Made by a program: the position numbers and the translations under genes. Of a DNA stretch of 64,000 nt, positions 9,668 to 19,287 are shown piece after piece. The stretch covers positions 1,219 to 65,218 of the forward strand of contig DASRYM010000039.1 in the NCBI GenBank assembly GCA_035687145.1. The letters are read 5' to 3'. The notes beneath the pieces were generated by a model. That model had not been told where the DNA came from. It saw only the letters and a list, made by a program, of their open reading frames with translations, and did no database searches. The stretch comes from Candidatus Zixiibacteriota bacterium. Lineage in GTDB: Bacteria; Chloroflexota; Limnocylindria; QHBO01. Positions within the stretch are counted from its first letter, which is position 1, and every line of letters starts with the position of its first letter.

Positions 9668-10672
9668 TTGGATCCCGCCCTCGAGGCCGCGCCCGAGCCG
9701 CGTGCCGGGCCCGCGCCGCACACCGAGCGCGAGCGCCTGCTGGCCGCCGGGGAGACGCTGTTGGTCACCTTCCTGTGGGCGACCTCCTGGGTGCTGATCA
9801 AGATCGGCCTCGACGACCTGGCGCTGGCGCCGCTCTCCTTCGCCGGCCTGCGCTACGCGCTGGCGGCCCTGATCCTGGCGCCCCTCGGCTGGCGGGCGAT
9901 CCGTGGCGTGCATCGGCGCGGGGAGCGCGGCCCGGACCGGGCACTGGTGGCGCGGGTGGCGGTGATGGGCCTCTTCCTGTACGCCATCGCCCAGGGCGCG
10001 CAGTTCGCCGCCCTGGAGGTGCTGCCGGCGGCATCGGTGGGTTTGGTGCTGGCCACCATCCCGATCTGGGTCAGCGGCGTCTCCTGGCTGCGCGGCGAGG
10101 AGGCCGCCAGCGGGGTGCAGCTGGTCGGCATCGGCATCCTGGTGGCCGGGGCGGTGCTGTACTTCGGCGGCTTCGACCCGGGGCCCTCCGGGCTGGTCGG
10201 CCTGGGGGCGGCGGCGCTGTGCGCCATCGCCTCGACCACCGGCCAGCACCTGTCGCGCGACCTCAACCGTGACGCCCAGGCCCGCCTCGGCGGACCCATC
10301 GGCCTGACCGCCCTGTCCATGGCCGTCGGCGCGGCGCTGCTGCTGGCGGTCGGCGTGGCGCTGGAGGGCTGGCCGGCGCTCGACCCGCGGGGCTGGGCGA
10401 TCGTGGCCTGGCTGGCGGTGGTCAACACCGCCTTCGCCTTCACCGTCTACAACCGCACGCTGCGGGTGCTGACCGCCGTCGAGTCGAGCGTGATCGTCAA
10501 CCTGCTGCTGGTGATGGTGGCGGCCATGGCCTGGATCTTCCTGGACGAGGCGCTCGACCTGCGGCAGATCGCCGGCCTGGCGCTGGCCACCGTGGGGGTG
10601 CTGGTCGTGCAGGTCGGACCGCGCCTCGTGCGCCGCTGGGCGGCCGGGGTGTGCGACAGGTCGGACGGCTGA
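9668..10672 (+). CDS. EamA/DMT family transporter
   Basis: 10 predicted TM helices in two EamA-like halves. TTG start 6 nt after the HAD stop. Confidence 0.7.
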   Translation: MDPALEAAPEPRAGPAPHTERERLLAAGETLLVTFLWATSWVLIKIGLDDLALAPLSFAGLRYALAALILAPLGWRAIRGVHRRGERGPDRALVARVAVMGLFLYAIAQGAQFAALEVLPAASVGLVLATIPIWVSGVSWLRGEEAASGVQLVGIGILVAGAVLYFGGFDPGPSGLVGLGAAALCAIASTTGQHLSRDLNRDAQARLGGPIGLTALSMAVGAALLLAVGVALEGWPALDPRGWAIVAWLAVVNTAFAFTVYNRTLRVLTAVESSVIVNLLLVMVAAMAWIFLDEALDLRQIAGLALATVGVLVVQVGPRLVRRWAAGVCDRSDG

Positions 10673-10761
10673 CGCGGTCCGGCCGGTTTCCGGGCCGGGT
10701 GGTCGGTACCGGCAACCCCGTCCCAGGTGCCGATCGTTCGATGTATCGGTGCGGGTGGGGG

Positions 10762-11625
10762 TCAGGCCGTAACGTCCGCCAGCTCGGGCTCCACGAGCTC
10801 GCCGCTGACCTTGGCCTCGGCGCCCTCGATGATCCGCCGCCGGATCCAGCCCGAGATGGTGTCCACCACGATGGTGGCCCCGATCACCACCAGGATGATC
10901 ATGCCCGCCCGCTCGTGGCGGTTGAAGCTGATGGCCTGCTGCAGGACGAAGCCGATGCCGCCGGCACCGACCACGCCCAGGATGGCCGAGGCGCGGATGT
11001 TGATCTCGAAGCGGTACAGCCAGAAGGCAACGATCTCGGGCAGCACCTGGGGCAGCACGCCCCAGCGCTGCACCTGCAGCGGCCGCGCGCCGGTGGCCCG
11101 CGCCGCCTCCACCGGGCCGGGGTCGATCCCCTCGATCACCTCGGCCGTCAGCTTGCCCAACGTGCCCACCGAGTGCAGCCCCAGGGCCAGCATGCCGGCC
11201 ACCGGGCCGAGCCCGGCGATCGGGATCATGATCGCGATGGCCAGCACCACCTCCGGGAAGGCACGGATGGCGTTGAGCACCTGGCGCATGACGTTCGAGA
11301 CCAGGCCACTGGACACGTTCTTGGCGCCGAAGAACCCGAGCGGCAGCGAGATGATCGCCCCCAGCACGGTGCCCAGCCAGGCGATCTGCAGCGACTCGAG
11401 CATGTAGCCCAGCGCCTCGGGGAAGTAGCTCCACTCCGGGCCCTCGCGCAGGAACATCTCGTAGAACACGAGGCCCACGCCGACCGGCAGACGAAGGATC
11501 TCCCCGGGGTCGAGGTCCACGGTCAGCGCGCAGAGCGCGACCACGACGGCCGCTCCCAGCAGCGCCAGGTTGCGCTTGGCGCGGGAGGGGCGTGCCGGCC
11601 GCGAGCCGGCGGCGAGCGCGCTCAC
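10762..11625 (-). CDS. phnE: phosphonate ABC transporter permease PhnE
   Basis: PhnE-type permease signature ILGVVGAGGIGF. 4-nt overlap with the upstream phnE. Confidence 0.85.
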   Translation of the reverse strand: MSALAAGSRPARPSRAKRNLALLGAAVVVALCALTVDLDPGEILRLPVGVGLVFYEMFLREGPEWSYFPEALGYMLESLQIAWLGTVLGAIISLPLGFFGAKNVSSGLVSNVMRQVLNAIRAFPEVVLAIAIMIPIAGLGPVAGMLALGLHSVGTLGKLTAEVIEGIDPGPVEAARATGARPLQVQRWGVLPQVLPEIVAFWLYRFEINIRASAILGVVGAGGIGFVLQQAISFNRHERAGMIILVVIGATIVVDTISGWIRRRIIEGAEAKVSGELVEPELADVTA

Positions 11626-12431
11626 ACCAGCCTCCGGCGCAGCCAGATCGAGAGCAGCTCGATCAGGAACACGAACACGAAGAGCTCGATGATGATGACC
11701 GACACCCGCTCCCAGGCGAAGAAGCGGTACTGGGTCTGGAGCAGGTAGCCGATGCCGCCCGCGCCCACGATGCCGATCACCGTCGAGGCGCGGATGTTCA
11801 GCTCGAAGGTGTACAGCGAGTAGGCGACGTAGTTGGGCAGCACCTGGGGCAGCACCGACCAGCGCACCGTCTGCAGCCGGTTGCCGCCGGCGGCGCGAGC
11901 GGCCTCGATCGGCCCGGTGTCCACGCCGTCCACCGTCTCGGACAGCAGCTTGGCGACCACCCCGATGTTGAAGAAGGTGAGCGCGGCGATGCCGGCCAGC
12001 GGGCCGATGCCGGCCGCCGCCACGAAGACCAGGGCGTAGAGGATGTCGGGGATGGCGCGCACCACGCTCAGCACGGTGCGGGCGGCCAGGAAGACCGGGG
12101 CGTTGGGCGCCGTGACCCGGGAGGCGAGGAACGCCACCAGCAGGGCCACCGCGCAGCCGAGGACCGAGGCCAGGACCGCCATCTGGAAGGTCTCGACCAT
12201 GGGCCCCACGGTCTGCGGAAGGAACTCCCAGTCGGGGTTGAACAGGTCGGCGATGATCTCCGCCCCCCGGCCGATGTCGGCGATCAGGTCGCCGACCTCC
12301 AGCCCGATCCCGAACTGCTCGCTGGCCGATGCCCAGGTGACGGCCACGAAGGCCAGCAGGCCGATGGGGACGGCCAGCGAGGGCCGCGGCCTGGCGGGAC
12401 GGCCGCCGGGCTGAGCCGTCGCGACCGTCAC
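11622..12431 (-). CDS. phnE: phosphonate ABC transporter permease PhnE (second copy)
   Basis: IGIVGAGGIGYLL motif. Overlaps phnC by 4 nt. Confidence 0.85.
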   Translation of the reverse strand: MTVATAQPGGRPARPRPSLAVPIGLLAFVAVTWASASEQFGIGLEVGDLIADIGRGAEIIADLFNPDWEFLPQTVGPMVETFQMAVLASVLGCAVALLVAFLASRVTAPNAPVFLAARTVLSVVRAIPDILYALVFVAAAGIGPLAGIAALTFFNIGVVAKLLSETVDGVDTGPIEAARAAGGNRLQTVRWSVLPQVLPNYVAYSLYTFELNIRASTVIGIVGAGGIGYLLQTQYRFFAWERVSVIIIELFVFVFLIELLSIWLRRRLV

Positions 12432-13216
12432 AGCGTGGCGGGCGCCGCGGCCGCCTCGCCCATCAGGTCGTCGGCGGTCAGGCTGCGGCCGTAGATGTCG
12501 CGGAAGACGTTCTCGTCAGCCTCGGCGGCGGTCCCGTCGTAGACCAGCTCCCCCTGGCGCAGGCCGATGATCCGCTCGCCGTAGACCTTGGCCAGGTCCA
12601 GGAAGTGGAGGTTGACGATGGTGGTGATCTTCAGCTCGCGGTTGATGCGCTGCAGGTCGCGCATCACCACGTGGCTGGTGGGTGGGTCCAGGCTGGCCAC
12701 CGGCTCGTCGGCCAGGATGATCTTCGGTTGCTGGGCCAGCGCCCGCGCGATGCCGACCCGCTGCTGCTGCCCGCCGGACAGGTTCGCGGCCCGCACGTAG
12801 GCCTTCTCCACGATCCCCACCCGCTCCAGGGCCTGCATGGCGACCTCAACGTCCTCGGCCCGGTACCAGCCGAGGAGCGAGCGCAGGGTGCCGGTGCTGT
12901 GCAGCCGTCCCATGAGGACGTTGTTGAGCACGGTGGTGCGCTTCACCAGGTTGAAGGTCTGGAAGATCATGCCGATCTTCGAGCGCAGCTGGCGCAGCTG
13001 TCGGGGATTCGCCCTGCGCACACTGACGCCGTCGATGGTCACGTCGCCCTCGCTCAGCGGCACCAGGCCGTTGATGGCGCGGATCAGCGTCGACTTGCCC
13101 GCGCCCGAGAGCCCCACGATGACCATCATCTGGCCGTCGGGGATCTCCAGGGTCAGGTCGCGCAGGGCGTGGACGCCGCCCGGGTAGGTGACCGAGGCGT
13201 TCTCGAAGCGAATCAT
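12428..13216 (-). CDS. phnC: phosphonate ABC transporter ATP-binding protein PhnC
   Basis: Walker A GLSGAGKST, LSGGQQQRV signature, PhnC-like N-terminus MIRFENASVTY. Confidence 0.85.
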   Translation of the reverse strand: MIRFENASVTYPGGVHALRDLTLEIPDGQMMVIVGLSGAGKSTLIRAINGLVPLSEGDVTIDGVSVRRANPRQLRQLRSKIGMIFQTFNLVKRTTVLNNVLMGRLHSTGTLRSLLGWYRAEDVEVAMQALERVGIVEKAYVRAANLSGGQQQRVGIARALAQQPKIILADEPVASLDPPTSHVVMRDLQRINRELKITTIVNLHFLDLAKVYGERIIGLRQGELVYDGTAAEADENVFRDIYGRSLTADDLMGEAAAAPATL

Positions 13217-13270
13217 GTCTGACGTGAAACGAGGGGCGAGCCGCTTGCGGCCCGCCCCTCGCCGTGAGGC

Positions 13271-14320
13271 TCAGCCCTCGTAGCCGAGCTCCGCCGCCGC
13301 CTGGCGGACGATCTCGAGCGAGTCGAGGTTCGGCTCACCGAAGGCGGTGATGTTGTAGATCTCGTCCAGGACGGTCGCCCCTTCCTCCGTCTCGGCGAAG
13401 GCCAGCAGCGCGTCCTTGATCTGCTGCTTCAGCTCGTCCGGCAGGTCACCGGCCACGGCCACGCCGTCGTTCGGGATCTCCGGGCCGTAGGCGAAGACCA
13501 CGACATTGCTGGCCACGTCGCAGTCGGTCACCGGCTCGGTCCGGGCGTCGTCGAAGCTCACGCCGACCTCGGCGTCACCCATGCAGACGGTCACGACCGA
13601 GTTGTCGTGGCTGCCGGCGAAGACCGGCTCGATGTCGTTCATCGGGTCGATGCCCTGGCTGATGAGCACCGTGGCCGGGAAGATGTAGCCCGAGGCCGAG
13701 GTCTGCTCCACGAAGGAGACCGTGGTGCCCGGCTCGAGGTTGGCGAGCGCCTCGATCCCGATCGGGCCCTCCGGCGTCTCGTCGAACGCCCGGTCGGTGC
13801 CGTTGCAGTTCAGGAAGGTCACCTCCTGGTCATCCGACATGCGGGTGTTCTCGACCGGCTCGTCCTCGCAGTACTTGTCCGGGTCGTTGGTGAAGAACTG
13901 GGTGTGATAGGTGGTGCTGCCGAAGCGGGCCGACTGCAGGATGATCTCGGCGCCCGCCTCGTCGACGGCCTGGACCATGCCGTACGGCGGCAGGAAGCCC
14001 ATGTGGGCCTGGCCGGACTGCATGGCCGTCACCAGGCCGGCGTAGTCGTTGGAGACCACGCCCTCGACCTCGATCCCGAGCTCCTCGGTCAGGAAGTCGG
14101 CGAGGGGCTGGATGTCCTCCACCAGCTGGCCGGCCTCGCGGGACGGCACGAAGCCGAGCACCAGCTTGTCCGGCATCTCGGCGGCCTGCGACTCGCTGGG
14201 CGCGGCCGACCCGGCCTCGCTCGCGGCGGTCGACTCGCCGGGCGAGCCGCCGGGTCCCGTGCACGCGCCGATGAACAGCGCAGTCACCGCGAGCGCGGCG
14301 AATGGGCGATATCGCTTCAT
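13271..14320 (-). CDS. phnD: phosphonate ABC transporter substrate-binding lipoprotein PhnD
   Basis: MKRYRPFAALAVTALFIGAC lipobox. ATG at 14320 preceded by a GGAGG RBS. Heads the phnDCEE operon. Confidence 0.8.
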   Translation of the reverse strand: MKRYRPFAALAVTALFIGACTGPGGSPGESTAASEAGSAAPSESQAAEMPDKLVLGFVPSREAGQLVEDIQPLADFLTEELGIEVEGVVSNDYAGLVTAMQSGQAHMGFLPPYGMVQAVDEAGAEIILQSARFGSTTYHTQFFTNDPDKYCEDEPVENTRMSDDQEVTFLNCNGTDRAFDETPEGPIGIEALANLEPGTTVSFVEQTSASGYIFPATVLISQGIDPMNDIEPVFAGSHDNSVVTVCMGDAEVGVSFDDARTEPVTDCDVASNVVVFAYGPEIPNDGVAVAGDLPDELKQQIKDALLAFAETEEGATVLDEIYNITAFGEPNLDSLEIVRQAAAELGYEG

Positions 14321-14464
14321 CTGTCCTCCATGCCGCCGCGGCGTGTCGGCGCGGCGCTCAAGTTCCGGAGCGCCCGTCCGTGGGCGTCCTCGATTCCCGG
14401 GCATGATACCGGAGCGATGCCAGGGTCCCGTCCGGCATCGGCCGCGCGTCTGGCGCGGGCCGGT

Positions 14465-14617
14465 TCAACGGGGCAAGGTGATGATCGCGAAGCCGGCCAC
14501 CAGGGCGATGGCCACGATCACGATCACCAGCCGCGCCACCCAGCTGGGGCCGCGCTGCGGGTAGGGCTGGAAAAAGCGCCCGGAGCGCCGGCCGCGACGC
14601 CCGCTCACCGGCCCCAT
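14465..14617 (-). CDS. possible small membrane protein (50 aa), overlapping the 3' end of the upstream gene
   Basis: ATG at 14617 overlaps the upstream gene's stop region (14605-14607). Single C-terminal TM helix LVIVIVAIALVAGFAIITL. Weak support. Confidence 0.2.
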   Translation of the reverse strand: MGPVSGRRGRRSGRFFQPYPQRGPSWVARLVIVIVAIALVAGFAIITLPR

Positions 14618-15066
14618 TCCCGGCGCAGCAGGAACGGCGTGGTCAGTGCCGCCCGGCTGGAGACGCTGCGCAGCTGCTTGCGCGTCCGCTTCAGCAGCTT
14701 GCCGTGGTAGGTGCCATCGCCATACGGCTCGTGGAGACGGGCCACGTCCCAGTCGTGGGTGCCGGCCACGGTGGACTGCGGGAGGTATCGGTCCAGGATG
14801 ACCTTGGCCTCGTCGATGGCCACGAACCGCCGGGTGCGGGCCGCGTTGTCCAGCACCGTCAGCAGGTCGTTGAAGCTGGCGTCCAGGTCCGCGACCAGGG
14901 TGGTGAGGCGCTCCATGGTGCCCGGCATGCGCTCCGGCTTGAAGAGCCCGCCGAGCAGGGCCTTGCGCTCCTCGTCCGGCAGGCCGGCCAGGGCGTCGCG
15001 CAGGTTCGGCACGCCCGCGGCCGGGTCGGCGGGCGGCACCTCGTAGTCGTAGAGGTGGACCATCAT
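14605..15066 (-). CDS. hypothetical protein
   Basis: Start chosen at MMVHLYDYEV (ATG 15066) with a GAAGGA RBS. No recognised family. Confidence 0.5.
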   Translation of the reverse strand: MMVHLYDYEVPPADPAAGVPNLRDALAGLPDEERKALLGGLFKPERMPGTMERLTTLVADLDASFNDLLTVLDNAARTRRFVAIDEAKVILDRYLPQSTVAGTHDWDVARLHEPYGDGTYHGKLLKRTRKQLRSVSSRAALTTPFLLRREWGR

Positions 15067-15123
15067 CGGTCCTTCAAATGTAGACCGATGGAGCGGCTGC
15101 CGTCCGGGGCACACCGGTGGCGC

Positions 15124-15218
15124 GAAGCGTCGCAACGCACACCAGGTGACCATTGCGCGGGGATCCACCCGCTCGAAGCGTCGTCATTCACAGGAGCCGC
15201 GCATTGCGACGCTTCGAG
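15124..15218. promoter_or_regulatory. three copies of a 12-bp element (two direct GAAGCGTCG, one inverted) in the divergent fabI / hypothetical promoter region. Candidate operator or alternative hairpin.
   Basis: GAAGCGTCGCAA at 15124-15135, CTCGAAGCGTCG at 15172-15183, and the reverse complement TTGCGACGCTTCGAG at 15204-15218. TACAAT -10 at 15290-15295. Confidence 0.35.
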
Positions 15219-15340
15219 TGGCGACGGCCGCGCACAACGTGCATGCCATGTGAATTGAGACGGTCGGCGTCCGGGCCGCCTCCCCGGGCTACAATCGGCG
15301 TCCGCATCGGTCCAAACCCCACACGGAGGTCCTCGCGCAC

Positions 15341-16123
15341 GTGCTGCTTGATGGCAAGAAGCTGCTCATCACCGGCGTCCTGACCGACGACTCCATGGCC
15401 TTCGCCGCCGCCCGGGTGGCGCAGGAGGCGGGGGCCGAGATCCTGCTGACCAGCGTGGGCCGCGCGGTGCGCCTCACCGAGCGGGTGGCCAGGAAGCTCG
15501 ACCCGGTGCCCGATGTGCTGGACATGGACGTCAACAACGACGAGCAGATCGCGGCGGTGGCCCAGGAGGTCACCAGGCGCTGGGGCAGGGTGGATGGCGT
15601 GCTGCACTCCATCGGCTTCATGCCGCAGGCCGGGTTGGGCGGCAACTTCCTGAACACCTCCTGGGAGGACGTGGCCACCGGGTTCCGGACATCGGCCTAC
15701 AGCCTGAAGGCGCTGGCGGTTGGCATGCTGGAGCCGATGAAGGCCGCCGGCAGCGCCAGCGTGGTGAGCCTGACCTTCGACGGGCGCTTCGCCTGGCCGA
15801 TCTACGACTGGATGGGCGTGGCCAAGGCCGGCCTGGAGGCCACCACCCGCTACCTGGCCCGCGACCTCGGCAGGCACAACATCCGGGTCAACACCGTGTC
15901 GGCCGGGCCGATCCGCACCATGGCGGGCAAGAACATCCCCGGCTTCGATGACATCGCGTCGGGCTGGCTGCGTCGCGCGCCACTGAAGTGGTCGATGACC
16001 GATGCCACCCCGGTGGGACAGATGGTCTGCTTCCTCATGAGTGATTGGTCGGCCATGACCACCGGCGAGATGATCCACGTCGACGGCGGCTACCACGCCA
16101 TGGGGACCGACATCACCTGGTGA
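15341..16123 (+). CDS. fabI: enoyl-[acyl-carrier-protein] reductase (NADH), FabI/InhA type
   Basis: LLDGKKLLITG N-terminus and SDR layout of FabI/InhA. GTG start with an upstream GGAGG. Confidence 0.85.
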   Translation: MLLDGKKLLITGVLTDDSMAFAAARVAQEAGAEILLTSVGRAVRLTERVARKLDPVPDVLDMDVNNDEQIAAVAQEVTRRWGRVDGVLHSIGFMPQAGLGGNFLNTSWEDVATGFRTSAYSLKALAVGMLEPMKAAGSASVVSLTFDGRFAWPIYDWMGVAKAGLEATTRYLARDLGRHNIRVNTVSAGPIRTMAGKNIPGFDDIASGWLRRAPLKWSMTDATPVGQMVCFLMSDWSAMTTGEMIHVDGGYHAMGTDITW

Positions 16124-16136
16124 GGGCCTGAGCGCC

Positions 16137-16784
16137 ATGGCGCGCCGCACAGTGGGGGAGCACTTCGACGAGTGGGCGTCGCGCTACGACGCCGAGATCC
16201 ACGCCCACGTCCCGCGTTACGACGAGATCCAGGACACCGTCGTCCAGCTCCTCACCGTGCGGCCGCCGCACCGGGTGCTGGACCTGGGGACCGGCACGGG
16301 GGTCACCGCGCTGCGGCTCCTCGAGGCGCTGCCGGAGGCCCGGGTGGTTGGCATCGACGTGTCGAGCGAGATGCTGACCCGCGCCCGCCAGCGGCTGCGG
16401 GTCCATCGGCGCCGCGTGGAGCTGCGGGCCGGGGACATTGCGACGCCGGAGCTGGACGGGCTGTTCGACGCCATCGTCTCCGTCCTGGCCGTTCACCACC
16501 TGTGGGCCGATGAGAAGCGCCATCTCTTCTCGCGCCTGTGGGAGCACCTCGCCCCGGGCGGCATCCTGGTGGTGGCCGATGCCTTCCGCCACGCCTCGGA
16601 CCGCCTGGCCGAGCTCTACGGCTACCCGCGACCCGAGGACCCGCACGAGGCCGAGCACGACCACCTGGACACCACCGCCGACCACCTCGACTGGCTGCAG
16701 GCCGCCGGCTTCGCCACGGTGGACGTGGTCTGGAAGTACGAGGACGTGGGGGTGCTGGTGGCCTGGAAGGCCGACCGCCGCTGA
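16137..16784 (+). CDS. class I SAM-dependent methyltransferase
   Basis: VLDLGTGTG motif I. Confidence 0.7.
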   Translation: MARRTVGEHFDEWASRYDAEIHAHVPRYDEIQDTVVQLLTVRPPHRVLDLGTGTGVTALRLLEALPEARVVGIDVSSEMLTRARQRLRVHRRRVELRAGDIATPELDGLFDAIVSVLAVHHLWADEKRHLFSRLWEHLAPGGILVVADAFRHASDRLAELYGYPRPEDPHEAEHDHLDTTADHLDWLQAAGFATVDVVWKYEDVGVLVAWKADRR

Positions 16785-16838
16785 CCGCACATCCGCCACG
16801 GCAGCCGGCCCTCCCGCACGGATCGGTTGACCCATCGG

Positions 16839-17792
16839 TCACACGCGGATCCGGCGCGGGAGGTGGCCCCTAGGCAACCGATCCGCTTTCCGAGCGATCG
16901 AGAAGCTGCCCAGCGGTGACCTCAGACCGTGGTAGCCGCCGGCGGCGGCCATGGCCTGGGCCACGCGGGCCTCGTGGGCGAGCAGCCAGGCCTTCCGCCA
17001 GCGGCCGCCGCCGTAGCGGCCGGTGTCGCCGCTCTTGCGCACCACGCGGTGGCAGGGGATGAGCAGCGCCAGGCGGTTGGCGCCGTTGGCGGTCCCCGCC
17101 GCCCGCACCGCGCCGGGATGCCCCGTGCGCGCCGCCAGCTCCTCGTAGGCCAGGGTGGCGCCGGGCGGGATCGAGCGCAGCACCGCCCAGACCCGCTCCT
17201 GGAACGGGGTGCCGGCCACGACCAGCGGGACGGTGAAGGCGGCTCGTTCGCCGCGGAAGTACTCGTCCAGCTCGCGCTCCACCTGATCCAGCACCGGGTG
17301 GCGGCCGGTCACCAGGGGCCGGCCCAGGCGGCGCTGCAGGATGGCCAGCTGGGTGGGGAGCATCGGCCGGTCGGCGAACTCCAGGAGGGCAACACCGTCG
17401 TCGGTGGCGCCGGCCAGCATCGGCCCCAGGCGCGTGGTCAGCAGGCGCAGCACGACCACGTCGTGGGCGCGGCGGGCCCGGCGGGTGCGGCGGGCAGAGG
17501 CAAGCAGCGGACGCAGGCGCTCGGCGCGACGCAGCGCGGCCTCGGTGGGCGCCGGATCGGCCACCTCCAGCGGGCGGCAGCGCAGGCAGGGCCGGTAGCC
17601 GGAGAAGAGCGCGTCGCGCGCCGGCAGGCGGCGGACGTTCTCCGCGCGAGGCGCCGGGGCCGGGCAGCCGGGCCGGCAGAAGATGCCGGTGGTCCCGACC
17701 GCAATGAAGGTGGCCTCGCGATCGGGGTCCGGCGGATCAGGGAGCGGCAGCGCCACGGTCATGTCGGGAGCACCTCCTCCGTCGGTGGGCAT
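16839..17792 (-). CDS. Ada-type zinc-binding domain fused to methylated-DNA-[protein]-cysteine S-methyltransferase
   Basis: N-terminal FCRPGCP...CLRC Ada Zn-binding domain. C-terminal MGMT with the PCHRV active site (IPCHRVV). Start may be 17762 (MTVALPL) instead. Confidence 0.7.
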   Translation of the reverse strand: MPTDGGGAPDMTVALPLPDPPDPDREATFIAVGTTGIFCRPGCPAPAPRAENVRRLPARDALFSGYRPCLRCRPLEVADPAPTEAALRRAERLRPLLASARRTRRARRAHDVVVLRLLTTRLGPMLAGATDDGVALLEFADRPMLPTQLAILQRRLGRPLVTGRHPVLDQVERELDEYFRGERAAFTVPLVVAGTPFQERVWAVLRSIPPGATLAYEELAARTGHPGAVRAAGTANGANRLALLIPCHRVVRKSGDTGRYGGGRWRKAWLLAHEARVAQAMAAAGGYHGLRSPLGSFSIARKADRLPRGHLPRRIRV

Positions 17793-17838
17793 CGGTCCGG
17801 TCGGGAGATGGAACGCCGGCGCACGCCGGAACGTGAGA

Positions 17839-18255
17839 TCAGGCGTTGGCCACCTGGCGGCCCTGCCACAGCAGCGCCACGGTGAAGGGGGTGCTGCCCA
17901 GCAGCCGGTCGCCGGCGCGCAGCTCGACCCGGTGCCGGCCGATCTCCTTCAGCTGCAGGCCCTTCAGGTCGGCCACGATGTTGGCCGTGGTCGCGTTGGG
18001 CGGCACCTCCAGGCGCATCTGGGGCGGGCGCGCCAGCATCGGCTGCCCGCTGGGGGAGACGACCTGCAGGCTGAGCCGGTGCTGGCCCTGGTCGGCCTCC
18101 AGCACGGCCACGATGAAGAGCCGCCCGTAGGTGGTCGGCAGCCGCGAGACGTTGATCTGGCTGAACAGGCCGATGGCGCTGACCTTGCCGTCCTGCGCGG
18201 TGATCGCGTAATCGCAGAGCAGCAGGCTGCGCAGCTCCACGCTGGGTTCGGCCAT
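17839..18255 (-). CDS. hypothetical protein
   Basis: 138-aa ORF with an ATG start. No recognisable motif. Confidence 0.5.
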   Translation of the reverse strand: MAEPSVELRSLLLCDYAITAQDGKVSAIGLFSQINVSRLPTTYGRLFIVAVLEADQGQHRLSLQVVSPSGQPMLARPPQMRLEVPPNATTANIVADLKGLQLKEIGRHRVELRAGDRLLGSTPFTVALLWQGRQVANA

Positions 18256-18291
18256 GCGGCGAGTATAGGTGCCCGGACCGATGCCACCCGG

Positions 18292-18789
18292 TCAGGCGCC
18301 GGCCGGCTCCTCCTCGGCCCGGTACAGGTCGGGATCGATCAGCCAGGCCAGCTCCCCGGTCCCCGGCTCCGGCGTGCCCGGGAACTCGACGCAGGCCAGG
18401 CCACCCTTCCGCATGCGGACCGATGCCGCGCCGGTCAGGGCGGCGATCGCCGACGACAGGTCAGGCTCGTGCCCGACGAAGAGCACCCGTCGCGCGCCCG
18501 GGTGCGCGGTCATGGCCCGTGCGAAGTCGGCCCAGGTGGCGCCCGGCGCCAGGCGATCGTCGGGCTGCGGCGCGCGGTCGAGCCCGATCCCCTCCACCAG
18601 CAGCTCGGCGGTCTGCATGGCGCGCGGCAGCGGGGAGCTGAGGACGGCGTCCGGCCGCAGGTTCAGGCGGCGCAGCAGCGGGCCGGCGGCGCGCAGGGCG
18701 GCGAGGCCGGCCGGGCTCAGCCGCCGCGCGGCGTCCCCCTCCGGGCCGGCCGGCTCGGCGTCGGCGTGGCGCAGGAAGTAGAGGATCAC
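18292..18789 (-). CDS. sixA: histidine phosphatase family protein (SixA-like)
   Basis: LRHADA (RHG-type) motif near the N-terminus. About 165 aa. GTG start. Confidence 0.7.
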   Translation of the reverse strand: MILYFLRHADAEPAGPEGDAARRLSPAGLAALRAAGPLLRRLNLRPDAVLSSPLPRAMQTAELLVEGIGLDRAPQPDDRLAPGATWADFARAMTAHPGARRVLFVGHEPDLSSAIAALTGAASVRMRKGGLACVEFPGTPEPGTGELAWLIDPDLYRAEEEPAGA

Positions 18790-18799
18790 CGGCGGCCGG

Positions 18800-19195
18800 T
18801 CAGCCGATCGCGGTGCCGCCGCGGCCGGAGTGGCCGACCGTCATGCCGCGGGCGTGCCCGGCGTCGGCCACGGCCAGCATGGCGGGCTCGGTGGCGGCGG
18901 CCTTGGGCAGCGCCACGGCCAGCACACCGTTCCCGAAGCTCAGGTTGGCGCGGCGCGCGTCCACCTGGCGCGGCAGCTCCACGGTGCGCTCGTAGGGGCC
19001 ATAGCTCCACTCGCGGACCAGGTAGCTGATCCGCTCCTGCCCCTCGCCGTGCATGGCGGCGCGCAGGGTGACCGTGTTGTCGGTGCGCACCTCGACGCTG
19101 ATGTCCTCGGCGGCGACGCCGGGCATCGGCGCCACGAGCATCACCTCGCGGTCGTTCTCGTACATGTTGACGGGGATGGCGGTGGCGTCGGTCAT
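18800..19195 (-). CDS. Hsp20/alpha-crystallin family small heat-shock protein
   Basis: Only the C-terminal 131 aa of the long ORF 18800..20002 (MTDATAIPVNMYEND...) form an alpha-crystallin domain. ATG at 19195. Confidence 0.8.
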   Translation of the reverse strand: MTDATAIPVNMYENDREVMLVAPMPGVAAEDISVEVRTDNTVTLRAAMHGEGQERISYLVREWSYGPYERTVELPRQVDARRANLSFGNGVLAVALPKAAATEPAMLAVADAGHARGMTVGHSGRGGTAIG

Positions 19196-19287
19196 GTGCT
19201 CAGCCTCACGTGGGTTCAGCGATTGTGCCTCGTCTCGGAGCGCACGCCCAGCACGTCGCGGGCCGGACGGCCGCCATCGGCCCGAGC

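Noticed and set aside
7319-11434. 1371-aa minus-strand ORF
   Set aside because: Gly/Arg/Pro-rich low-complexity translation antisense to eight well-supported plus-strand genes (VOC, membrane protein, HAD, EamA). Typical stop-codon-poor antisense frame of high-GC DNA.
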